From Ptychomitrium polyphyllum (Eukaryota): a stretch of 64,000 nucleotides of DNA. Of this stretch, positions 43,077 through 54,547 are shown in pieces. A program made the position numbers and the translations under genes. The stretch is from NCBI GenBank assembly GCA_973851085.1, contig OZ316776.1, positions 1,302,001 through 1,366,000 on the forward strand, read 5' to 3'. The notes under the pieces are model-generated. The model saw only the letters and a program-made list of their open reading frames with translations. It searched no databases and was not told the origin of the DNA. The number at the start of each line of letters is the position of its first letter. The stretch's first letter is position 1.

Positions 43077-43740
43077 ATGGAAACGTCGTTAAGAGGTTCG
43101 AAATCTCCGTCGAAGGCCGATTTTAGCAAGCAATCGACGACCATCTCGACTAGTCCGGTGAACAGCCACGGATCGTCAGTGCCACCCTCGTATTTAAGCT
43201 ACCGAGATAATGGTGAGCAAATCGTATCCTGTAACCTGCCTGTTTCTCCACCAATGCATTGTTCAACAGCTAAGTCTTAGTTAATAAGAGAAGCAGTGTG
43301 GCTGCGACAGACTCATATTTTGCTTCGTTTCTGGCCTCGATTGGAATCTTACACGCGAACAATGAAACTGTCCACAATGGCGGATACTAATGTGATGCAG
43401 CATTTGATCGTTCAGAGTGCAGAATATACGGAATTTCCCTAAGTTTACGGCAGACTGTGCTTGGGATGCAGGAAGGTACAGCGCCCACGGTGGACGAGGG
43501 AACAACGTGAACTTCTTGCAGAAGAACCGCCTGGCGTGCAGCCGTTACAGCACCGGCAATTATGCTCCGGTGGAAGGGTTGTCACCCCCACGAAGCAAGA
43601 TCGGACAGGCTCCGATGATTGGCGACGCCCTCGGCACACCCAGCAACAAAGGCTCCAGTTCTTTCATGAGCGCCGGCCACAACGGCGTCAGGGATCCTGC
43701 GCTTAAGAGAGGTTTCAAGAAGCGGGAGAATAACTTCTGA
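43077..43740 (+). CDS. Small hypothetical protein, probably two exons (43077-43212 and ~43418-43740)
   Basis: GC-rich coding-like ORF 43417-43740 (FTADCAWDAGRYSAHGGRGNNVNF...DPALKRGFKKRENNF*), an upstream ATG exon with a strong G|gtgag donor at 43213, and a phase-compatible AG at 43416-43417. The acceptor choice is ambiguous. Confidence 0.55.
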
Positions 43741-44945
43741 ACAAGTCAAATATTTTCTTCATGATGCTGCATACTCAAAGAATACTCGCGGTGCTTACTT
43801 CAGAACAACCACTCCATTTGCGGCCACCGGCCGGCGTCTTTAAACCAAGTCAGATGCTCAAGAGATATTGGAATATGGAAGGTCGTATTGCAATATGCAA
43901 CAACAATCTTGTAGTATATCACAGGTAAGTCGAACAGTCAATTGATCTGGTACATATCTCATCACAATTGCACAAAACCTCAGCTCAACGGTATCGTGGT
44001 CAAACAATGTTCCTAGCTAGTGATTCTTGGAGTGCTGACATGTAGAAACCTTACATCAGTCTGAAGTTGTGCAAGTCTGTTGTTGTATTATGATCCATGT
44101 GCTGTCATCCAGATGCATCGCTCACGTTCCAGATTCTTAGACCAAGAGTTAGAAAGAGAGGCAGCTACACAAAATGAATGCTCTTGTAATAATCGAAGTT
44201 TAGTCTCCATCAAATGGAGTGTGAGAAGATCATTGAGGTTCGGACGAGGTTGCAAGAAGAACACTAGTGGCTGTATTTCAGTTGCTGATGTTGCAAGACA
44301 CTCATGGCAAGCATGATCTGCTAAATAGGTTCTGTTGGTAGAATTTAGTTGACCTGAAGAACAAGATAATTCTCATAGCTAAACTTCCACAGAAGATCGA
44401 CTGTTAAAACGTGATCACTTTGCAAAGCCAAATCATGAAGCTGCACAACTCGGTTTGATGAATCTACTTAGTTCAAAAGGCTCAAAATGAATCATCGTCA
44501 TCTCATGTCATGAATGCTTGCTATAAAAAACACTTCATCAAGCAACGAACTGAGGTGTCATGAGCCTAATCTAGGAAGCGATTGTAGTGTACACAGCTGC
44601 GTTTAAGTTAAACTATATGAGAGAAATACCATAACGAGCATTGATGTTCTGAAACCTGAAGTTTCAAAATAGAGGCCTTGAGTCTGATGAAAATCTCTAG
44701 CTCCATGCCTGCCAAGCTCAGTCTCGAGAGCGAATATTGATTCTCAGGCCCCTGTGATCTCTCTTTTTAAGTCCAAATTTTTGTTTGACAAGTGCTGTAC
44801 TATACGACAGGCATGAGCATGAAAAATATGAATCCAGTTTTCATTTTCCCCTGAAGACGTAATTCTGATGGCCTGTTCTCAGAAGTGATCGCGCAACTCT
44901 GTACCAAAAAATTGCCAACATGATCAACTTTGACTGGACTTCGGC

Positions 44946-47900
44946 TCATAACAAGAGCTTGAAACACAGGTCAGAGCTGCATTGTGTTATACCGATTCTA
45001 AGCTTGCTTCTTGATCTCGTTCGCCCGTGAGGACGACTTCTGGAGCGTCTTCTTCGAGGTTTTGATTGCAGCTCGCAGATGATCACGGGTGACTCAGGTG
45101 GTGTAGGTGGCTTGGGTGGTGGCCTGTTGCGGCAATGCTCTTGATGGTCAAAATGTTCACACATTTCCGTTGCAAGCCTTATCTGGAATAAGAACAGCCC
45201 ATGACACCAACAGTTTATAACAAGTGGCATTTGATGGATACAATATGTATGGTCAAAAATAGAAATGCAACGAGTGTCAGTAATCGAGTGTCAAGCAAAC
45301 AAAGTCATACCTCATCAAGAGTTGCCAGCTGCCTTACAACATAACCCGGAGTAGCCACGGCAATGCTTCTGAAATATTTTGAATTTAGTATCCTATGGAA
45401 GCTCTTTTTATCGAGTTTGACAGGTAGTCCGTGCTGCAATCAATCCATACATGCTCATAAGCACACAAGGATCTGTTCAAGTCTTGCAAGACAAAGTCAG
45501 AAATGCAAGTTCATGGAATACTGAAATTGCAGCTAAAAGAAATTGAAAAGGAAAGATTAAATACCTCCATCCAATCAAAAGACACGAGATAAAGCGATAT
45601 GTACATGGTCTGTATAGACACGACCACCACAGCAATCAGGATACATTCCAAAATAACCGAACAGCCTATATGGCATGTATGGTTTTAACAGGGAAGAGAT
45701 AATTGATAGCTACAAAAAAAATCAAAACAGTTACCTCCTGACTAATTGCACAAAACAGCCGAAAAGCAAAGTGACTATAGAGAGGATTCTGGAAATGGCA
45801 CAAGTGGTGACAGGGGCATCTTCTGCTCATCACCTCACTGCATGTATAACCGCATCAGGAAGAACTCAGCTCAGCACTTAAAAATGCCAGTTCCTGAAAT
45901 CAACTAACTAACTCAAAGACCATGGCACACCAGCAAAAATAGGAAAATTTCAGTTTGGGACACACCAGTAAATCCTGAACCAGTGGCTGACGATATCGAG
46001 TTCCAGAAGCAGAATGAAGACTCTGAAGTCTCTCCTATAGTTCAGTCAAACAAATAAAATCAGTTGGGATTTTAATATCTCAATAAGACATGTCTTACAA
46101 AACCAGAACATACTCCCTTCACTCCGACTAAGCAACAAATAAATTTTAAGTATGGGTGTCTTATAAGCTGCTATATGCATATGGTATAGAAGTTGTTTCT
46201 GAAGCTCTCTATGTACTCACTTATAGAGATGTGAGAGGACGATCAACAGCGCCGTGTTGCTGGCTCTGCTCGCACCAATGAAACCATTATCCAAAATGAG
46301 ACAAGGATTAAAGAAGACCACTAAATATGCAATCAAAATTGAGTGAACGAACCAGCTAAAAGTAATTGTTGAGATTAGCATCGATCACAGGACACAAGTA
46401 ATGATACCTTACAGAAACATGGGCTATCACGTCTCCAAATGTTGAAGCTGCATCCAACCCAATGTCCATATCCACATCCACAATTCAGATAAAGACGCCA
46501 AACTGTCCAGATGCAGTAAGTGCAATTTCACATAACACTAATATAATTTTCTTGTCCTCTACATCATCTCCACAAGTGAGAATCATAAACAGTGAGAACA
46601 GGCATCTCTAACGAAGTGCTAACTTCAGCACTTACAGCAATTCAAAGAGTGTGCAATATATCTGCTCAATTCATTAGCCACAAAGCTGTCAAAGCAAACA
46701 GAAGACACAAAAAAGGTCACATTCGATAAACGAAAAAACATACTCTCAACCTGTACAATCTTCCAACTTTCAACAGTGCGCCATATAATCACCACAAAGT
46801 ACTAACAACTGGAACCTCACGACAAGCATTTTTCGAATCCTTGTGATGCTGAAGCAAAACTACAATACAGGTAGTCTGAAGATTATAATAAGTATTTCCA
46901 AAACCCTTAAAACTCAAATCAGTGGCATTATTTCCCAGTCATTCAAACCATATGTTCATGAAAAGGGTAATGATCGCATTACCAAATTGAATACAATACG
47001 GTGAATTGCTTTTTGTCGGTGAAGGCTACTGAAAAAGCTTTGACACATGCTGCAATCCGTATGTAAGCTGCAGGCTGTAAATTTACTTAGTCTAAACCCT
47101 AAACCAGTTGAAGATTTAAAAGTTTATGCTAAATATCCTACTAAGATGCATCATGATTCTGCTTAATAGCATCAACAAACAAAGAAACAAAGGTGGTGTG
47201 CAGCACGTACTAAGAAGATTGGGTATCCAAACAACCACAGGCCAATGCCGTTCGCCACTCGTTACGCTACTCGTTATGGCACTGGTCACATGGTTGCTGG
47301 GTACCGACCCTTCTCTGGGCTTCCGTCTTCCCATTTTGGTGGCTGTGAACGACCCAAGCTTATCAAGAGCACCGGATATGTAATGAGGACGTGCACAAGT
47401 GCTTCAGTTGCATGGTGGATAATAGCCACAGGTGCACGCATCAATACGTCCTACTTCGAGTGTTGCAATCTGAGAATCTGAGGAACGGAAATAACAATGT
47501 CTCAAAATTAGATGAACACTTACTCAGATGATTGGAAATCAATATTTCAGGCATACAAATTTCTTTAGAAAGGGTCTACTGATACATAGAAAAAATAAGA
47601 CATCATGATAACAACAAAATTTGAGATTTACCAACTGATTCTCTAAAAAAATTGAAAATGAGGAAGGATCTGCAAACATCCAGTATCGAATATTGACCTC
47701 ACAAAGCCGTCCAGTGGCGCATTCATTCACCAAATAAACTTCATGAATTACGTAATGAGATGTAGAAACTGGTTTAGTGCCATCATGAGCGCCCCATTGA
47801 ACTTTGCCAGCACCAAGCAGAGTCCCTTGGAATGAACCTCAATCAACATGAGTTTCTAGCCACCTTCGATCCAAACTTAATGTATTGTGAACATCAGAAA

Positions 47901-49643
47901 TGCATAAGAAAACCATTATAATATCAGCAGTCTTTGGATCCCGTATTCAACGATCAAACTTCCGCTGAAGTTGAGTTCATCGTGATAGCAAACCCTGGAA
48001 CCTTTCTAAGCCCTAAATTTCAACCTAAATTCAGGAAAGTGTTGGTTTCGCCATAAAATCATCTCCAAAACCTTCGAATTCTTCACAATGAGGAAGAAGA
48101 GAAAGGCATCGGATTAGAATACTGGCTTTAGACAGGATGCTTGAATCCGGGACTGTACAACAATCAAAAAGGAGGGTGCTGGCGGCGCCACAATGCTTCC
48201 GAGCTCTTAAACAACCTGAAGCCCCTTCAATCTCCTAAATTCTAGTTGAGGTCCTCAAAATGGTATAAGCCACTTCATACACAAAATATACTACACAAGT
48301 ACCCGTACACGGACACGCATTCTTCGGCGAACTACCGCATCTCATCGAAAACTGGCTCTCACAGGAGCAAGCCTCTGATGTATGATCATTATATCCTCCA
48401 ACGAAATCCTTGAAATCTCATGAAGCCATTCCAAAACAACGAGCCAGTCAATGTATGCGAACGTGCAACTTTATCAGTCGTACAACCAGCCCTGCAACAA
48501 CTTGGATCCGAGATGTTGTAGAGCTCGCGGCTAACGCTCCTTTATCCAGGTTCACAAGTAACCAAATTCGTATGCAAGCTCACACAAACTATTCATCAGT
48601 TAATACTACAGGCAAAAGAAACTTACTTTTGGTCATGAATTTTTCACAATAATAATAGAATAAGTAAGCCCAGACAATAGAATAAGTAAGCCCAAAATGT
48701 TAAATTCAAAATTCCATCAAAAGCCAGGAAGCGCTGATTTCAGTTAGTGAAAACCCTGTGTAATTGAAGTAAACTCTACCTGAACCCTGCCAGAACACAA
48801 AATGCTGTGTTACCCTACATCACCCCCACGAGTCCACGCCTCATAAAATCTCATTCATCTCCTAGCTTCAATGAAGAAAAACAAGGATTCTTAGGAGACG
48901 AGTACCTCTGACCTAAAGACCAGCATGAATCATCGGACCTGGATTGCACCGCCTACCCTTAATGGCTTGAAGGTAGACTGAGTGAAGCATTCATTGACTG
49001 ATCCGATCAACTTAACAAGAATTTCAAAAAGCTCATTTCCAAAAGAATTCCAGAAGCAAACCAAGTAGACTCCATTACGGGTGTCAGAGTGGCTCAAGAC
49101 ATCACCATGAAACCATATCACAAATGCATATCTCCAATCCTGAGTAGATCACAAACTGCGAAAGCCTCTCATTGAGCTAAATTCTAAGAAACGCATAAGA
49201 AACGCATAAAGAGACTCATATCACACATGCATTTCAGAGGTGGTAGTACATTTGCAGAGTGACTTGAGGTAGGCAAGCGCAGCACCAACAGCAAAATCAT
49301 GAGAAAGGTTCACAGCTCCGAGCTGACCTTCATTCAAGTCCTGTCCGCTAGCCGAGACGAGCGCACCGTAGAAGGGTTAGCGAGACTTGTACAAGGCCGC
49401 CGACAGCACCTTGCTGTTCTTGGCACCTGACGGCACGGAACTCTTGTGCATGGCAAACAGCACGTCCATCTTCCGTGTAGCCATCGCTCCTGAGAAATCC
49501 CACACACAGCGATCGGCGCCCACGACGCTCTCGATCAGCAATAGCCAGCACGAAACACATCACGCAACACCAGCTCACAGCGTACGTGAAGGCGCCTCCA
49601 CCAGCAGCTGCAACATTATCACGCTCTCACCTTTGTCACGCAT
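44946..49643 (-). pseudogene. Multi-exon membrane-protein gene with in-frame stops; tentatively green-lineage PKD2/polycystin-like cation channel
   Basis: More than ten AG/GT-bounded exon-like blocks. Peptides include DFAVGAALAYLKSLCK, a Cys-rich ECATGRLCE..GRIDACTCGYY, hydrophobic segments (TFGDVIAHVS; VILECILIAVVVVSIQTMY) and a basic/Pro C-terminal exon. In-frame TAA at 49377-49379 and TGA at 47404-47406. The family call rests on weak recalled motif similarity. Confidence 0.4.
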
Positions 49644-51837
49644 GGGCTTCACTCCACTGCTCTGCGCTCGCATCAGACTTGTGGGAAATTCATTCTACAG
49701 GAAAATATTGAACTTCTCCAGAACATTAGAAGAGCAAGGTGTTGAAAATGAAGGGAGATTTACAGGAAAGAGTAGACTGCATTGCAGCTTTGAACTTTGG
49801 TTACTTTTAGCACGCTCTATTCAAAGTTTCGAAAAAAAAGTTGAAACAAAGTGTTGAATGTACTGTAGGGGTAAAACCATAAAAATACTTCAGCTTGTGA
49901 TTGAATCCAGCATCGCGGAATTGGACGTTGTTGCACCAGGGAGCACAGATTGTGGTGTTAGTGATGGCGTTTCGATGAAATGAAAATATTGTTTGTTTCT
50001 TTAAAGTGATAAGTGTAGAATTGTTGCAATGGCTATGGGGGAACTTGGGACTTGCAAGGTGCAGACTATAAGTGATATAATGGATCATTAGTCTTAACTT
50101 TGGAAAAAATTTGTGCAAATGCTTTTGTGACAAAGTATGGTGTTCTGGCATAGCAAATCAAGTTGCAGTTTTGTGCTACAAAAACCAAATGCTCGTAGCT
50201 CACGATACAACGAAAATGCCAATGTTAGGCAGTTCAATGCAGGATTTGTACAGAGGCATGCTGTTCTAACAGTTTCCGTATAGTTGGATTCCAGTATGTG
50301 ATGTGTGCCTTCACAGATGCTCTTCCCGAGTACGATGGTGCAAAACCTTTGTGCAGGCTGAATTTTTGTGAGAGTTTTATACTCTAATTAAGTTCACGTC
50401 CCTCTAAACTTTCATTTCACGAAGTTGTATATAACTACTGTATCGGAAGTCTGCAATTATGTTCATTATAAGAAACTTTGCACAAGTTCTGATACATTGA
50501 CTTGTTCAATGGAGTTTGAGAGTTTGATCAGCGGATGTGGTAAAAACATTATATCTGTTCTCTCTTTTTGAATTGAGTTGATCAATATTGAATTGCAAGG
50601 CCAACAACTGTTCGAGCAAAAATAGAGCAAAAACTAGGCTGTGCGAAGCTCTGAGTTGTAAGGAAAATGCTCCACTAATATGATGCTTATATCACCTGCA
50701 GTTTGCAGAAGGACGTGCTTGCCACGTGGAAATGTTCACAGCACAGTGTACTGACCAACATCCAATATTGAAATGACCAATTTCATTTCAACATTTGTGA
50801 TGCTAGATTTCCACTCTTGTCAACACAAATTGCAAATGAGGCTGCCAGGCTGTTGAAAAACACATAACGAATATGCTTTTAATATTGCCAAGAATTTTCT
50901 CACTGGTGGGAAATTGGGAATGTGTTAAGCCTGTACACGGCATGCATGCAATTTTTAAATGCAACATGCAACAATAAATTCAATAGTTAATGATTGAATT
51001 TTATTCTTGACTGAACTGCGGACAAATTTTTTTTGTATCAAAATCAAATCATGCCAGTTCTACGTTTGCAATCATTGTCTTATGTTTGCGTGAGCACCTT
51101 AATTCTGTTCAAAGTATTCCCAAATGCCAAGCCTATATATCCAAAATTATAAAATAGTGCTTTACTTCTTTTCCTGTTATAGTCACTCCACCCTTGGATG
51201 ATTCACTATATAACAAGTCTATCACCACCACTTTAAAATTCTAAGTCTTGCTTCATCACATTTTTATAACTTATTTTATAGGTGGTGGATACATTTCTTG
51301 AATGGTGATGGATAAATAGTTTTGATAAACTTGTGTTTTTACAATTAGACATCTTTTAAGTTCAAAAACAAATGATTATTAAGTATTAGTAATAGTCTTA
51401 GTTTCAAAATGCCAAATCATTCATATTTAAATAATTTTATTCATTACAATGTGCATCTTTTTGCTTCTTTGTATATTGCCATATATTTTTATCAATTAAA
51501 AATTCATAAAATATGTTGAAAACTAAGATGTAATTTGTAACCTTATTTTTTAATTTCAATTAACAAAAACTTTACAAGAAAATTTTGGCCAAATATAAGC
51601 TAGATTTTACAAGTCCAATTTACAACCAAAATTAGTTTATTTACATTAAATCATGTTTAATCAAAATCCTCAAAAAAAATTTAACATCAAGAACATTCAG
51701 GAGCATGAATAACTAATGAATTAGGATTTTAGCTTCATTTTTAAGCAATTGCCAAATAATCAACAAATAATTCTTCATTGTAAGTAATAAGAAAATACTT
51801 CTCAAATGTATATATGCATTGCTTTCATCCACGTATA

Positions 51838-51980
51838 CAAAAGTTCCATCTATATGTAAAAAAATTCATCCAAAAGTTCCATCTATATGTATAAATTTTC
51901 ATCCAAAAGTTCCATCTGTATGTATAAGTTTTCATCCAAAAGTTCCATCTGTATGTATAAGTTTTCATCCAAAAGTTCCA
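51838..51980. repeat. 33-bp minisatellite (caaaagttccatct(a/g)tatgtataa(a/g)ttttcatc), about 4.3 copies
   Basis: Read directly; it produces the HPKVPSVCISF repeat in the spurious ORF 51819-52001. Confidence 0.92.
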
Positions 51981-52552
51981 AATAACTTAATAGCACAATA
52001 ACTTTTTTGACAAACACAAATATTATAAATTAGGGAACGTGTACCCAAATATTCTAGGATTCAAAAAGTTCGTCATCGATCTGGCTGCAAATGGCCAGAA
52101 AAGATAAAATACTGTTGCATCCCAGATCCTCCTACCATTTGAATTTCGTGCGTAAAAGTGGCAGGTGGCGCCTGATTGGCCCTTTTTCACACTTTCATTC
52201 GCAGGAGGGCAATGCATGTGGAAAATGGCGAATATACTCCTTAAAAATCTCAGTGCACTATTGTCATGACTCCCGCTCCCGAATTGTTCTGCAACCTTAT
52301 GTAATGGGTTTCTTGACTGCACCAGGAGCCATGCATGAAGAGCAAAGGACAAATGAGACTCTTTACACAAGTCCCAAAACTCTTTCTTTTAAATGAATGG
52401 ACTTACGTATCGTCAGAGAGATTCAACTGTTTAATTAACCCACTCCATGATCATGGTCCACGTGGATTTAGGTATGCCCTGTTTGCACCCAACCCTACCT
52501 CACGCCGCAACTCCATCATGGTCAAAATTCCAAACCCACCATGTGTGCACTG

Positions 52553-52712
52553 CCGCCACGTCACACACCTGCTACGTCACACACTTGCTACGTCACACAC
52601 CTGCTACGTCACACACTTGCTACGTCATACCCCTGCTACGTCACACCCCTACTACGTCACACCCCTGCTACGTCACACACCTGCTACGTCACACACCTGC
52701 TACGTCACACCC
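52553..52712. repeat. 16-bp minisatellite (ctgctacgtcacacac) x10
   Basis: CGTCA recurs at exact 16-bp spacing from 52559 to 52703. Confidence 0.95.
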
Positions 52713-54547
52713 GTGGACATTACCTAATACATAGAAGTTTTGTTGCTTGATATGAATAAAGTGTAATGGATTCTCACATGAGATTCATTAGGTACATAAT
52801 ATGAAGCACTTAGGCTTATTTTAGTTCTCCATTTGCTTAATATTACTTCTATTGGATCCAATATCAAATTTATGAGAACTCTTCATAAAGATTTAACTAA
52901 TCTCTCAAATAAGCCATTGTTTTTACCAATCCAAAATTCGATGTATTGGTAATTCTAAGACCATTTCTATCACACACACACCAAATTGTGAAGGATAATT
53001 TCTTTATATACATGTGGTGAGTATTGGAAAATATCAACATTAGAAGCTAGTTATTAAAAGTTATACAAAATAGGTACAAATTTTTTATAATTGGACATTA
53101 TATGAGACAACTACATTCCTCATGAGAAGTATCATCAAAATTTATGGAATTGAATTGACAGGTTACATTTGTCTTCACAAGTTCACTTTGAGCATGAGCA
53201 GATGAGGTTTGTCTCTATGTTGCAGTTTGCATTTGGTGGGGTCAACAGATATGGTGAGCACTCATGCACCTTCAGTTGCAACTCTGACTCATACAGTACT
53301 AACCCTGCCCAACTATATTCGTTCAAACTGAAAATTGAGTTGGTGGCTACCATTCTGTACCACAACTTATGAAAGTCTGACCGAACCATGCTTCTAAAGT
53401 TTAATTCATCTAGAGCATGGTGACACTAGAAGTTAAGAACAGACTTGAGTCACCTAATTTAAACCTACACCGCCTGGCAAGGTATAAACAAGACTACAGA
53501 TCCAAATATATGTTATACTTCCAACAGTTTTAAAATTTCGAAATGGATTTTGGATGTCTATTTTATTTTTTGTCTACCAGTTCGTAGAACTGCCATCTCT
53601 AACTAAATTTAGGATTTGCAATTTGGCTGATCCAAATCACATGGCATCTTCAGATGCTTATAAGAAGTCCAGGGCTTGAAAATTAAAAAATTATGAATCA
53701 CTGAGGGCTGTTTTACACCCTGTCTTGTGGCAATGGGACAAACAAAAGACTTGAATCCAATACATGGATATATATGAGAGTGGACAAGTTACGAGAGACA
53801 ATAGGAAGACATTAAAACAATCAATATGGAAAAAGACTTTTATCATGGAGCAACGCTTTGATTGGCATTCCAAGAGCACTCATAAAAATAATCAACATGA
53901 GAAGACTTTCCTATCATAATTGTTGCTATTAGGCAACCAAATCATTTTTCATCCATTTTCAAATTGTTCCTTACACACAAGAGAGAGTATGATAAAAAGC
54001 CTTCCATGAAAGTTTGAAATTTTTGACCAACCATATTCCTAAAATTTTCTAAATATGATAGAAATATCTTATTCCATGGATGATTAGACAAGGTGTAAAT
54101 TTGTCCTAATTCATTGCCATACATCATTCTTTTTATTAAAATTTATTTTTGATTGATGAGTTAGGTTATACGTTGAAATAATACTTGCTACCCTTTTAAA
54201 AAGATGAGATTATTGTAAATAAGGTACATTCTATTAAAGATACAAGAAACAATTACAAACTGGTTCCCAAGAATTAACTTCCAAAGAGCTATTAATTAAC
54301 AAAAATTGATATAAAGACTAGAATAAGGGTATAATACAATATAATCTACAACTTAGATTAGCAAGATTAAAATATACCTTGCCTTACTTCCAATTTATAC
54401 TATGACGCTTGTATTTCTTGGAATATATATAAAGATGCTTCCTATGAAGTTTTAAAATGTCCTAAAAGTCTATAGAATCTTCCTAAAAAGTTTCCAAAGG
54501 AAGCGGAATTATTTTTAGAATTTTTTTAGGAATTGGAATGGCTATAG

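Noticed and set aside
52553..52712. CRISPR-like array or repetitive protein (ORFs 52335-52727, 52447-52734)
   Set aside because: The units are contiguous with no unique spacers and no cas genes are present. The ORFs are by-products of a stop-poor repeat.
53160..54230. Possible transposase or gene relic left of the LTR nest
   Set aside because: Only short interrupted frames, with no recognisable domain, TIR or TSD.
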